From assembly GCF_009914755.1 (NCBI RefSeq), contig NC_060927.1: a stretch of DNA of 64,000 bases; one strand, 5' to 3'. The translations under genes were made by a program, and so were the position numbers. Numbering within the stretch: the stretch's first letter is position 1; each line of letters opens with the position of its first letter. The stretch comes from the human T2T-CHM13v2.0 reference genome, Homo sapiens. Positions 48,040-64,000 of this stretch are shown piece by piece. The notes below the pieces were generated by a model. It did no database searches, was not told where the DNA came from, and saw only the letters and a list, made by a program, of their open reading frames with translations.

Positions 48040-49620
48040 CCTGTTCCGGCGCTCCTCCATTGCGCCCCTCGACTCGGCGGGACTTCTTCACCCAGGGCGC
48101 CACCGCTCCTCCGCACCGCAGGAAGGCGCAGGCCGGGCCCGGGGGAGTCGGGGAGAGCGGGGTAGGGCCCCGGAGGCTGGGGGAGGAGCCGGGGGAGGAG
48201 CGATGAGGCCGGGCCCTTTAAGAGGGCGGGCCGACTCCCCCCCCACCCCCCACCCCGGGGCGGCGCAGGCGCAGGCGCAGGCGGGCTCGGGGCGCTCGGC
48301 AGGAGGGACGGCGGGCGGGCGCTCACCTGCGGGGGCCGGCGCGGGGCGGGCGCCCGGCGGGCCGACGTTGACGCCCGGAGGCGAGGGCGGGGAGGCGGGC
48401 GCGGGACTCGGGGGCGGCCCGGGGCGGGAGGGGAGGGCCGGGGCGGGCGGGCGGTGTGAGCGGGCGCCGAGGGCAGCACCATCTGGAGGGGTGGGAGCGC
48501 GCGGCCTCTGGGGGGCAAGCGAGTGCGCTGGGCCGAGCCGGTCGGGGGCCCCCGGCGGGTCGCGCAGGAGGAGCGCGGCGGGCTGAGCCCTGCGCTGCCG
48601 GAGCAGCAGCCGCAGCGCGTAGGGGTTCTCAGCTGGGGCCCGCAGCAGCTCCGCGGGCTGAAGCTCGGCGTGGAGGAGCGGGGCGGGGTGGGCCCGGCGG
48701 TGCAGGAGGAGGGCGGGGTGGGCCCGGGGCTGCAGGAGCGCGGCGGCCGCGGCCACGAGCCCAGCCGGGGGGTGGTGTGGGGGCCGCCGGACGGCGCGGG
48801 CTGGGGGCGCCCGCCGTGGTGGACGGGCTCGGCGGGCTGGCCTGTGGCGCAGGAGGAGGGGCTGGGGCCCCGCGGGCAGCACCAGGAGAAGGGCGGAGGC
48901 AGCCCCGCAGTGCAGGAGCGCGGCGAGGCCCGGGCCGGGGTGCAGGAGCGCGGGGAGGGGAGCCCGCGGAGGCTGCTGCAGCAGCCCGAACCGGCGTCCG
49001 AGTCCGGGGAAGGCCCCCGCGAGCGCAGGGAGGGGCCGGAAAGTTCCGGCGAACTGGGGGAGCGGCAGTGGGAGAGCGTCGGGCGGGAGGCGGTGGTCCT
49101 GGGAGCGGCCCCGGCGCCCCGAAGCCGCCCCGAGCTGGTGGGGAGGGCCCGGCCGGTGGGGCCCCGGGGGCCTGCGGGGGAGGGGCGCCTGGGGGTGCAA
49201 GAGGCGAATTGGCTGCCCGGGGTGCAGGAGGGACAGGTGGTGCGGGCTGTCCAGGAAACCTACCTGAACGGGAAGGAGCCCCAGGAGGGAGAGGGACCCG
49301 GCGAGGGGCTCAGGACCCGGAGGCGCCGGCGGAGGAGGAGGTGGTGACTGGCAGGCCCGGGCCCCACGGTACCTCCGGGGCTGAAGGGGACGCAGGATGT
49401 AGGGGCATGGGGAGTCGGGCGCAGAAGAGTGCGGGGAACCGCTGAGCTCTGGGAGCCACTGCCTGAGGGCAGGCCGCGGCCGGCGGGAACCTCTTCTGCC
49501 GTCTCAGCCTGGGCGTCGCTGAAGCTGTGTCTGCGGGGAGGCAGCGGAAGGCGGCAGGTAAGGAAGCCCAGTCCTGTTAGCTGGAGTTGGTGTGCTTGGA
49601 AGTGAGAGGCTGCAGGTCCC
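48040..49620 (+). promoter_or_regulatory. TNK2: TNK2 distal CpG-island promoter
   Basis: Dense CpG; multiple GGGGCGGG Sp1 boxes at 48340-48450; (GCGCAG)3 NRF1-like repeat at ~48263. Confidence 0.85.
48460..49557 (+). other. TNK2: TNK2 distal first exon (5' end uncertain; normally treated as 5'UTR)
   Basis: Strong donor CAG|GTAAGG at 49557/49558 at the 3' edge of the CpG island, upstream of the recognised TNK2 coding exon. Confidence 0.7.
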
Positions 49621-51249
49621 TGGCGAGAGCGTAGACTCCACACTGCCCTCGTTCTCTTGGCCTTTCATCCCTGGAGGGAGGAAGCAGTGCAGTTTTCAGC
49701 GGCAAGGCAGGACCTCTCCCCCGCCAGTACTGTGTATGGTAATTGGAGTGATAGGGCATCTTCTTAGAGTCTAGGCAGCAGGCGGGACGTCTGGGTGGCT
49801 GCCAGGTCTGTGCAGAGGGAAGAGAGGGGTAGCCCCAGGGAGGAGCTGCAGGACGGTCCCCCCTCCACCTGCCCCCCGATGGCAGTAGGGGTGCCTCCAT
49901 GCTATATGCTCTGCATGGTGCAGTCAACACACAAGTCCTCAAAACACGTCCCACAGAAGGGAAGAGGGCAGCGTGGGATTAACAGAACCTTATCTTGTAA
50001 CCCTGTTGGTCACGTGAGCTGAGATGAGTGTGACAGCTAGTGGCTTGGGTACGGCACGAGCCTGGCCCGCTTCTGCCACGCCGTCCTGTCACAGCTGATT
50101 TACCCTGAGGGCCCAGAGCCAAGGATGATTAGTGGGCGGAAGGAGGGAGAGCAACTGGTGAGCCCTCTCGTCTCTGGGTGGGACGACCCAGCGTTAGAGG
50201 GGCGGGAGAGGAGGGTGCACTTGCACCCCAGGGCTCTGGGCTGCCTCTGTGGCCCCACCCTGGGGAGGTTTGCAGATGGGCCGCTGTGGTATCATGGGCT
50301 CTGCACCTGTCAGGACAGGAGCTCCCAGCCCAGTCTAGAGGTAGGGCTTGTAGGGGCCAAGGGTGGGGGCTGTATTTGGCTTGTTGACTCCCTCGTGGCC
50401 TGAGTGCCAGACCTACTCATTCCGCCTCGTGCCCCCAGGGGGCTTGGCGGGCTGCTTGTGGGCCTTACTCTCCTAGAGCTGTTCGCCTCTTACCTGGCAC
50501 TGTCAGGTGCTTGCTTCCCCTGCCCCTGGGTGGGGATGGGTGCAGGGTTGCTGCTTGCCCAGGGCCTTAGCTAGAGGACCCTCCTCTGCCCCAGCCCGAG
50601 GTGTGGCTGTGAGTCAGATGGACCCAGACCCCTGTCCCGAACCAGACTGGGTGCTCTCCTCTGGGGGCAGAGGGAGTGGTGCTGGAGGTAGCAGCTGCTG
50701 GAGGAGCCGGTTAGCCCGCTCCTCAGACAAACTCAAACCCGCCTGTCAGCTTCATCCCATGCCTGTCGCGCTGCCACCCAAACACTCATGCACCGGAAGT
50801 TCAGCTGCTGTGCCCACGGTGCCTGACGCTTCTGGAATGGCCAGAGTGGCTCTCACTGTCTGGCTTCAGTGGAGAGAACGGTCTGTTTTAAACACATACA
50901 CACAATCTTCACCTACTTATTTCAGGTCGGCGTTTTTGAACTTGTGGTAGATGAATGGGAGAAAGGCCTTGGCATCACACAGATTGCTTTTGATCTGGTT
51001 ATATCGCTTACAAGCTGTGTAACTTCCTTGGGCAACATAATGTCTTTAGGTTTCAGTTTCTTGGTGTCTGCGGTGGGCCAGGACTTCCCCTGCAGTGTCG
51101 TGAGTAAAGAAACCTCAGGCCCTTTGGAGCCTGGTGCCCACCTCCCCGGAGCCCCGGCAGATGTTAGGGAGGAAGGGTCAGACTGTTCCCTCTGGCCCCT
51201 GAGCCCGGGATTAGCCCCCACCTTGTGCTTCGTCTAGAAGATGCAGTGT

Positions 51250-55380
<4,131 letters not shown>

Positions 55381-56553
55381 TTTTTTTTTTTTTTATGTTT
55401 GTTTTTTTTTGTTTTTTTTTTTTGAGACGGAGTCTTGCTCTGTTGCCCAGGCTGGAGTGCAGTGGTGCAATCTCGGCTCACTGCAACTTCTGCCTCCTGG
55501 GTTCAAGCAATTGTCCTGCCTCAGCCTCCTGAGTAGCTGGGGTTACAGGCACATGCCACCACGCCTGGCTAACTTTTGTATTTTTAGTAGAGATGGGGTT
55601 TCACCATGTTGGCCAGGCTGGTCATGAACTCCTGACCTCAAGTGATTCGCCCACCTCGGCCTCCCACAGTGCTGGGATTACAGGCGTGAGCCCCCGCGCC
55701 CGGCCCTTACTGTCTCTTAAATAACTTTTCAGTAATCCCCTGTATTTTAGCATTGCCCTTCTGACACTCACCTCTTCTTCCAGAGGTTTCCGGGGCTGCC
55801 AGTTCCTGGGCTTTTGAGGATTGCAGGCGGTCAGTCAAGTGTCTCTCACGCTGGGATTTGTGATTTTCTTGGGTCAGCTCTCAACTGCCACCAGCCCATC
55901 TGCTTTCCAGCTTCCAAAGTTCTGTGGTGGTTTTTCCTCTACCATTCTCCCCCTCCCTAGGGGCCTATGGCATTCAGAACATCCTTTTTTAATTGTTGTT
56001 CTGGTGAGGTTTCAGGAAGGAGTGACACTGTGTGGAATCTACTGTTTTTTCCTGGAACCCCTGTCCCTTCTTCAGACTTCCTCACAGAATCCATGCATTC
56101 ACTCAGCGTCAGTGAATGACATGGTATCCACTCAGCGAGTCCAATGTGGGTCATAAGACTTCCGCGGGGACCTCCATGGGCCCGCATCCTTGTGCCAAGC
56201 AGTACAGTCGTGAATGGGCTGAATGCTGGCTTTACCTTTTACTCTCTGGGTGCTCTTGGCCACCTCTCCAGAGCTTGTTTCCATATTTGTAAAGTGGGGA
56301 TAATCTGGGGTAGTAAGGCAGGTTTTTGGTCAGCCAGTGAAGGTACACTCTCAGTGAAGAGCTGGCGCATAGTGTCTTCCTGAGGACCCAGGCTATGACT
56401 TCTGCCCCTTCATATTCTCCCAGAAACCAGCATCGGGTGGGCATGTGGGGTGCATGGTGGGTGTCTAAGGAAGGTGAGAGGGGAGGGAGGTTTTCCTGGT
56501 CCCTCTCTTCCTCCTCAGCAGCTGTACCTCCTGGGCCCCCCAGCTGGATGTAA

Positions 56554-56654
56554 CAACATTGGACTCTTCTGTTTCCCTCTGTCCCCTGTATACTGTGTCT
56601 GCCAACATTGGACTCCTCTGTTTCTCTCTGTCCCCTGTATACTGTGTCTGCCAA
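56554..56654. repeat. 49-bp tandem duplication
   Basis: CAACATTGGACTC..ATACTGTGTCTGC at 56554 and 56603. Confidence 0.9.
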
Positions 56655-58411
56655 TGAAGCAGGGCCTCTTCTCTGGTACCCTGACCTTGGCAGGGCTCTC
56701 CCCCTACCCTGTGGCCAGAAGAGAGTCACCCTTCCGCTAACATTTGCCCTCCCCCAGATCCTGAGCCTCCATGAGCCTCCATTCCCGATGACAGCTTCCT
56801 GGTACCTTGGACCAGGCACGCCCCTTCCCCTTTGAGGGTCCCGGGCTCTTCAAGGTCAGATGGTGAGCAGGGTCCAGTGGGATTTAAGGTGTATGTCTTG
56901 AAGCACCGGACATTTCTCTGGCTCCCAGGCTCTCCTGGGCCCTGCGGCCTGCTCTAGGTGACATGTTCCCAGCTCCTGGGTCTTGGTGTAGACATGGTCC
57001 TGAGGGAATGAGCAGTGTATCTTGTAGACTGAATGTTCACTTCCCAGCTCTGGCATCTCCTCTCCACTCCTTCTTTCCACACTCCACCTCCAGGGCCAAC
57101 AATAGGCCCCTTCAGCTCTGGACTCTTGCGTAGGGCTTGGGGGTGGGGTATGGCCTGAGCTGGCAGCAGGCAGGATGACGAGCCGGGCAGCCTCTGCCCA
57201 GCCCTGGAAGAGCTCTCTCTGGGAGTGGCTAGCTGCTGGGAGCTAGACCACATCCTTCCCTCTGGGCCCCCGTGCCGTGACAGTGCATGGGCAGGACAGG
57301 CAACGAGAGGCAGCTCTCTGCGGCACTCGTGTCCTGGCCTCGGCACCTGGGCATGTGTGGCGTGCATGGGAGTGAGACCCAGACAGCTGCAGCAATGTGT
57401 CCTCTGCCACCCACTGCTGCTGGTGTCTGTGTTGGGGAGCGATGGTCCAGGAGCACATTAGGGCCCTCAGTGTACTGTCTCTTTGTGTCGGCGTTGACAC
57501 TCCGGTCTTCAGCTGGCGGAGCATGAAACGGTTTCACAGTACTTTCAAGACTTGATACAGATGGATGCTCTTGTCTCCACGTGTCAGCCCCACCAAGTCC
57601 AGTCAGCCTCAGGTTCAGTGTGGACTGGGTCACGCTGTTTAGTCAGATCCTCACCCCTCCTCTCTCAAGTGACATTCCCTTCTCCACTGGAGTTGGAGGG
57701 GACGAGGCATAGCAGGGCCCTGCCTGGTGTGTCTGCCTCTGCCTCTGTGCTCTGCCCTCCCACCCTGGCACCTGCCTGTTCCCCTCCTCTCTCTCGGTGA
57801 GCTGGGATCCTGACAGACCCAGGCCCCCTTCCCATCACCCTGTGTGGCAGCCCGCGCCCCAGCACCCCTTCGCAGTCCGATGAGAAGGCACCTTCCTTAA
57901 GACCAATGTCAGGCTCTCCCTCTGCCTGAGGGACTGGCTGAGTTGTTCTGGTTCTGAGATGGCTTTGGGGGACTGAGTTGCTTAGTGGGTCTGGGGTCGG
58001 AGTGGTTGTGATGACATGGACAGCCCCTCTTCCCAGAAAGGTGCTGGCGTCTCTGGATTAGAAATCATGGGGGGAGGCAAAGCCGGGGCTGGGAGAGGGC
58101 AACCAGGCTTGTTCCTGGCACCCACTGGGAAAGCAACCTGGCAGCAGCTCACGGGGGAAGAAGCAGCCACCGTTCTCCAGTGTTCCTCACAAAGACTGAG
58201 TCCTTCTCAGCAGACACACCCAGGGCCCCTGCCAGGTTCTCCCTTCAGGGCGACAGATGTGGACAGATGGTTCCCTTACGATGTACAGACCACAGCAGAG
58301 GTATACAGACCGCTCCTTCAGCACAATTATGTGCTGATACAAAGAGTTACAGGAATAGTGACCCTTTAAGGATAGGAACGTGATGGATAATTTAAACTTT
58401 TTAAAATTCTT

Positions 58412-60537
<2,126 letters not shown>

Positions 60538-61814
60538 CATGTGGGGTGAAGAGGCTTCAGGGCTGGACCATGGGCCTAGCACTGCCAGCAGACACAGCCT
60601 TGCCTGCCCTCAGGACCTCAGCTGCCAGGCCCCCCTGGGAGGGAGTGGGCCCCCGTGTCCTGGAGATGGAGAGACTATGGACAGTCATGGCGTGTGTCTG
60701 AATCACTCCCTTTTCTTTCTTGGGCCCTGGCCAGCCTCCTCCCCAGACCAGTGTGATGTCAGGCCCAGCCGACCTGAAGGTGCAGGGTTGCCTGGTGCAG
60801 GTTCCTCTGGGATGAGGTTCTGAGGGCACCCAGCCTGGCCTTGCTCCAGAAGCCTGGGCTCTGCGCACAGAGGGGTGAGTTAAGGCTGACTAAACTTGGT
60901 GGGGCTGACATGTGGAAGCAAGATAATCCTCTGGCTGGGGGAGGAGCTGTAAGCCCCCCTCTCCTCATCAGTATGTTCTTTTTTCCTTCAGGGCTTGGAG
61001 AAGAGGTAGGTGGAGGTGGGAGAGGGCGGGCTGGGAGGTAGGGTTGGCATATATTCCTGAGAATACGGTAGATTGTTTTGGAAAAATCCTCTTGGCCGGA
61101 AATTGCCTGTCATGTCTGCGCCTTGGTGTGGATTTGTCACTTCGCATGCAGTTGGAGAGGCTGGAGAGGGGAATGGACAGCAGAGCTGGGCTGGTTTCCA
61201 GCCTCTTGTTTCCTTTAGCTCTGCAGAGTGGAGATATAAAGAGACAAGTGAAGAGCAGAGGGGGTGTACACGTGGGGTGGATTCTCGAACTCCTAGAGGT
61301 AGTTTAGATCCTGTGGATGTCTTACGATAGGATGGTACTAGGACGCCAGAGATTTACAGGGGGAGGTGAGGCAGGGAGAAAGCAGGAAAGGGCACTGGTT
61401 TGGATCAGATCCTTTATCCAGCCAGGGCAAGAAGGGAGGGGCCTGGTATTTTCTGCCTTGCCTTCTACAGTCTCCCGGCTTTGCAGCTACTCCCAAGACT
61501 AGTATGTGCCTTTAGCTGCAGTAAGATGCCGAGGAGCTTCTGTACAGCATAGAAGCAGGCGTTCGGGGGCCTCGCCGGCAGTCATCCACCTACCCTGGTG
61601 TGCTTGGGGTGTGGAAGGGGCTGTGTGAGGAGAGTGGGCCGTAGAGGGAGCCTCACCTAGTGACCTTCCAGGGTCTGGCTCAGCCTTGACGCTGCGTGGG
61701 GAGGAGAGGTCACAGCATCTGTCTCTCCTCTGCCCCAACCCAGGGAAGGTGCCCTGAGCTCAGCCCTAAATACCTGGTACTAAAGAGTCAGTGGCTGCTT
61801 CAGATGCCACCAGA

Positions 61815-61988
61815 ATGAGAAGCGGTGCCTTGGGGCCCCGGGGGAGAGGAAGAGCCTCTGCCCTGGGACTTCCTGTGCCGGCGATGGCCTCGCGCCAGTG
61901 CTGGGCGCGGCACCCCCGCGTGGGCCTGTGTTGGGCGGCTTTTGAGCAGGAGTCCGGGCCCTCGTGTCACCGCTCTGAAGTCAAGGAG
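61815..61988 (+). CDS. TNK2: Candidate alternative TNK2 first coding exon (MRSGALG..MASRQCW..SEVKE)
   Basis: In-frame ATGs at 61815 and 61884 (the latter in context GCGATGG); phase-0 donor GAG|GTCAGT, the same phase as the 62795 donor. Confidence 0.5.
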
Positions 61989-62900
61989 GTCAGTGCGTGC
62001 CCAGCGCACAGCGCGTGCGGCGTTGCGGGAGTGGCGCGCGGGGAACCGGCCGCGGGGGCCTCGGGGCGGGGGCGTGGCCTGCGCGGGAGGCGGGCGCTGG
62101 GAGGCGGCGCGGAGCCGGCTGAGCGCAGGGCCGAGCTGCGGGGCAGGTGGGCGCCCGGCGTTCTGGGAGCAGAGTGGCCGCCGGGGCAGGCTGGGGGCGG
62201 GGTGGGCTGCAGCCCCGGGATGCCTCGGAGGAGGGGGTCTCAGATGGAGTCGGACGGAGGCCCCTCTGCTGTGGGCTTCTCGGATGGCCCCTTACCGTGA
62301 ATACGGGGGACTCGTGAATCCCCAAGGCCCCAGTTGGTGGCTCTGGGGCCCTGGAGGCGGGCTGAGGGCTGAGTGGAGCCCGGTTCCGCGGCCGGCGAAG
62401 GCAGAGCCCCGGCTCTCGGTGGGGGTCAGCCCGGGGCTGGCACAGCTGGCTCACTGGGAGAGGGTGGGAGCCGCGCCCCGGAGAGGAGGAACGGAGCTGG
62501 GACGGGCTGCAGGAGGGAATGGCCGCAGGCCGGCAGGAGGAGGGGCGCGACCACCCGGCCGCCGGCCGATGGCGGATGAGGCTATGGGGGCTGAGACGCA
62601 GTAGCGGCCCTGCACTTCTGGAGGATGCTCGAGGCCCGGCCCCCCAGGACGCAGGGCAGTGACGCTGCCGGTGCCGCTGCGGGGCGGGGGCTGCGGGCGC
62701 TGCTTCTCTCCCTGACCGCAGCCGCTGGGATTTGGGGCTCCATGGGGGAGAGATCTGCTTACCAGCGCCTGGCTGGGGGCGAGGAGGGACCGCAGGTAAT
62801 GGGGAAGGCTAGGGGATAGCCAGATACCTGGGCCCCAGACCCCTTCGTCTGCTGTGAGCCGGGCTCAGCCCTGCCCCCTGCGGCGGCCTCAGGAGTGAGA
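61860..62900 (+). promoter_or_regulatory. TNK2: TNK2 proximal CpG-island promoter
   Basis: High CpG; GC boxes GGGGCGGGGGCGTGGC at ~62062. Confidence 0.8.
62625..62795 (+). CDS. TNK2: TNK2 / ACK1 long-isoform first coding exon (57 codons; the CDS continues beyond the window)
   Basis: MLEARPPRTQ..GSMGERSAYQRLAGGEEGPQ recognised as the ACK1 N-terminal extension preceding RLGGGRMQPEEG; second ATG at 62742; donor CAG|GTAATG in phase 0. Confidence 0.88.
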
Positions 62901-63352
62901 GTGTCTGCTCCTGGGCCAGGGGACAGAGAGCGGTGTGTTTATGTGGGTGTGGCGGTGGTGACTTAGTGATGCTGGCATCTGCCTGTGTGTGCATGGATCC
63001 CCTGGGACCCCAAAAAGCTGCCCGTTGGGCTTTCTTCCATGCCCCAAGGGAGTCCAGGAAGTACTGCTAGGATTGGGGTTCAGTCTTTTAGGAGAACTGA
63101 GTCTGTATGTCCTGGGCATTCCCGTTTACTAGGCTTCTGAATATGAATATCAAGCCAGATGTCCTTGTTTGCTTTTGAAAATATGGTCACGGTGTTGATG
63201 GATGGGGTAGCTTCCCTTCCCCTTGGAGAGAACGCACTTCCTCTCCCGACCGGCAGAGGGCAGTAGCTGACAGGAGAAAGGGGGACTCGGTAGGAGCGTT
63301 GGGGCTTAAGGTCGGGCTGTTTTCCTGGGCGAGGAGAAAGGGGGCCGGGCCG

Positions 63353-63614
63353 GGCCGGGCGCGGTGGCTCACGCCTGTCATCTCAGCACTTTGGGAGGCC
63401 GAGGCGGGCAGATCACCTGAGACGAGGACGCTGAGGTCAGGAATTCGGGACCAGCCTGGCCAACATGGCGGAAAAAAAAAAAATAGCTGGGCACGGTGGC
63501 GGGGGCCTGTAATCCCAGCTACTCGGGAGGCTGAGGCAGGAGAATCACTTGAACCCGGGATCGCGCCACTGCACTCAAGCCTGGGCGATAGAGCAAGACT
63601 CTCAAAAAAAAAAA
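63353..63614 (+). mobile_element. CpG-rich Alu with internal indels
   Basis: GGCCGGGCGCGGTGGCTCACG.. with a GACGAGGACGCTGA insertion; probable TSD AGAAAGGGGG/AAAAAGGGGG. Confidence 0.85.
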
Positions 63615-64000
63615 GGGGGTGGGGGTTCCAGGAGCCGGCCTGGCGCTGACCCACACATACTTTGCTTCTTCCCGCAGCTGGATTACTGGGCCAGTTACAG
63701 GTCTTGTTCTTACTGGACATCCAAGGTCAGGCATGGGGTTCTGGTGACTTTGAGACACATATTTCTGGGGACGCTAGAGTTTTTAATCTGGCCATTCTGA
63801 TCCAGCAGACCCATTTTGAAATAGAGGGAATAACCCTGCTTAAATTGTTCCCCGGCCCCCGGTCCCTGGGTCTCCTTCCAGGTGTGCTTGGTGCCAGGGT
63901 AAGGCTGTAGGCTTCTCTGATGCAAGGGCACAGTCAGCCAAGGTTTGGGGAAAAGTCAGCTCCAGTGTAACGCAGGCCTGATCTTGTCCACCTGACCTCA

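Noticed and set aside
48088-49200. 370-aa antisense ORF in the TNK2 island
   Set aside because: In exact antisense register to the + strand frame, so best explained as its shadow; non-ATG start.

Overview
Primate (human-like) genomic DNA. I recognise it from memory as the 3q29 interval between the SDHAP1 duplicon and TNK2 (ACK1 kinase), oriented so that TNK2 reads on the + strand; this assignment was not checked by a search. The first ~22 kb looks like a segmental duplication of the 5' end of PDCD6. It contains a CpG-island promoter, disabled exons 1-2, a ~6.2 kb array of 47-bp repeats with an internal inversion, and a PPP4R2 processed pseudogene. From ~22 to 47 kb the sequence is dominated by transposons: L1, about 45 Alus across the window, a full HERV-K LTR5_Hs solo LTR, an ERV1 LTR, U2 and 7SL retrocopies, and several TE-derived minisatellites. 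From 48 to 64 kb lie the TNK2 CpG islands and three alternative first exons. The best novel candidate is in the nominally non-coding TNK2 first exon: a 359-codon, codon-biased, 10-aa-repeat frame in phase with the kinase CDS, interrupted by a single TGA. Most ORFs in the supplied track are Alu, satellite or GC-rich artefacts. There is no CRISPR array or prokaryotic system. Repeat coordinates are approximate and were read by eye.
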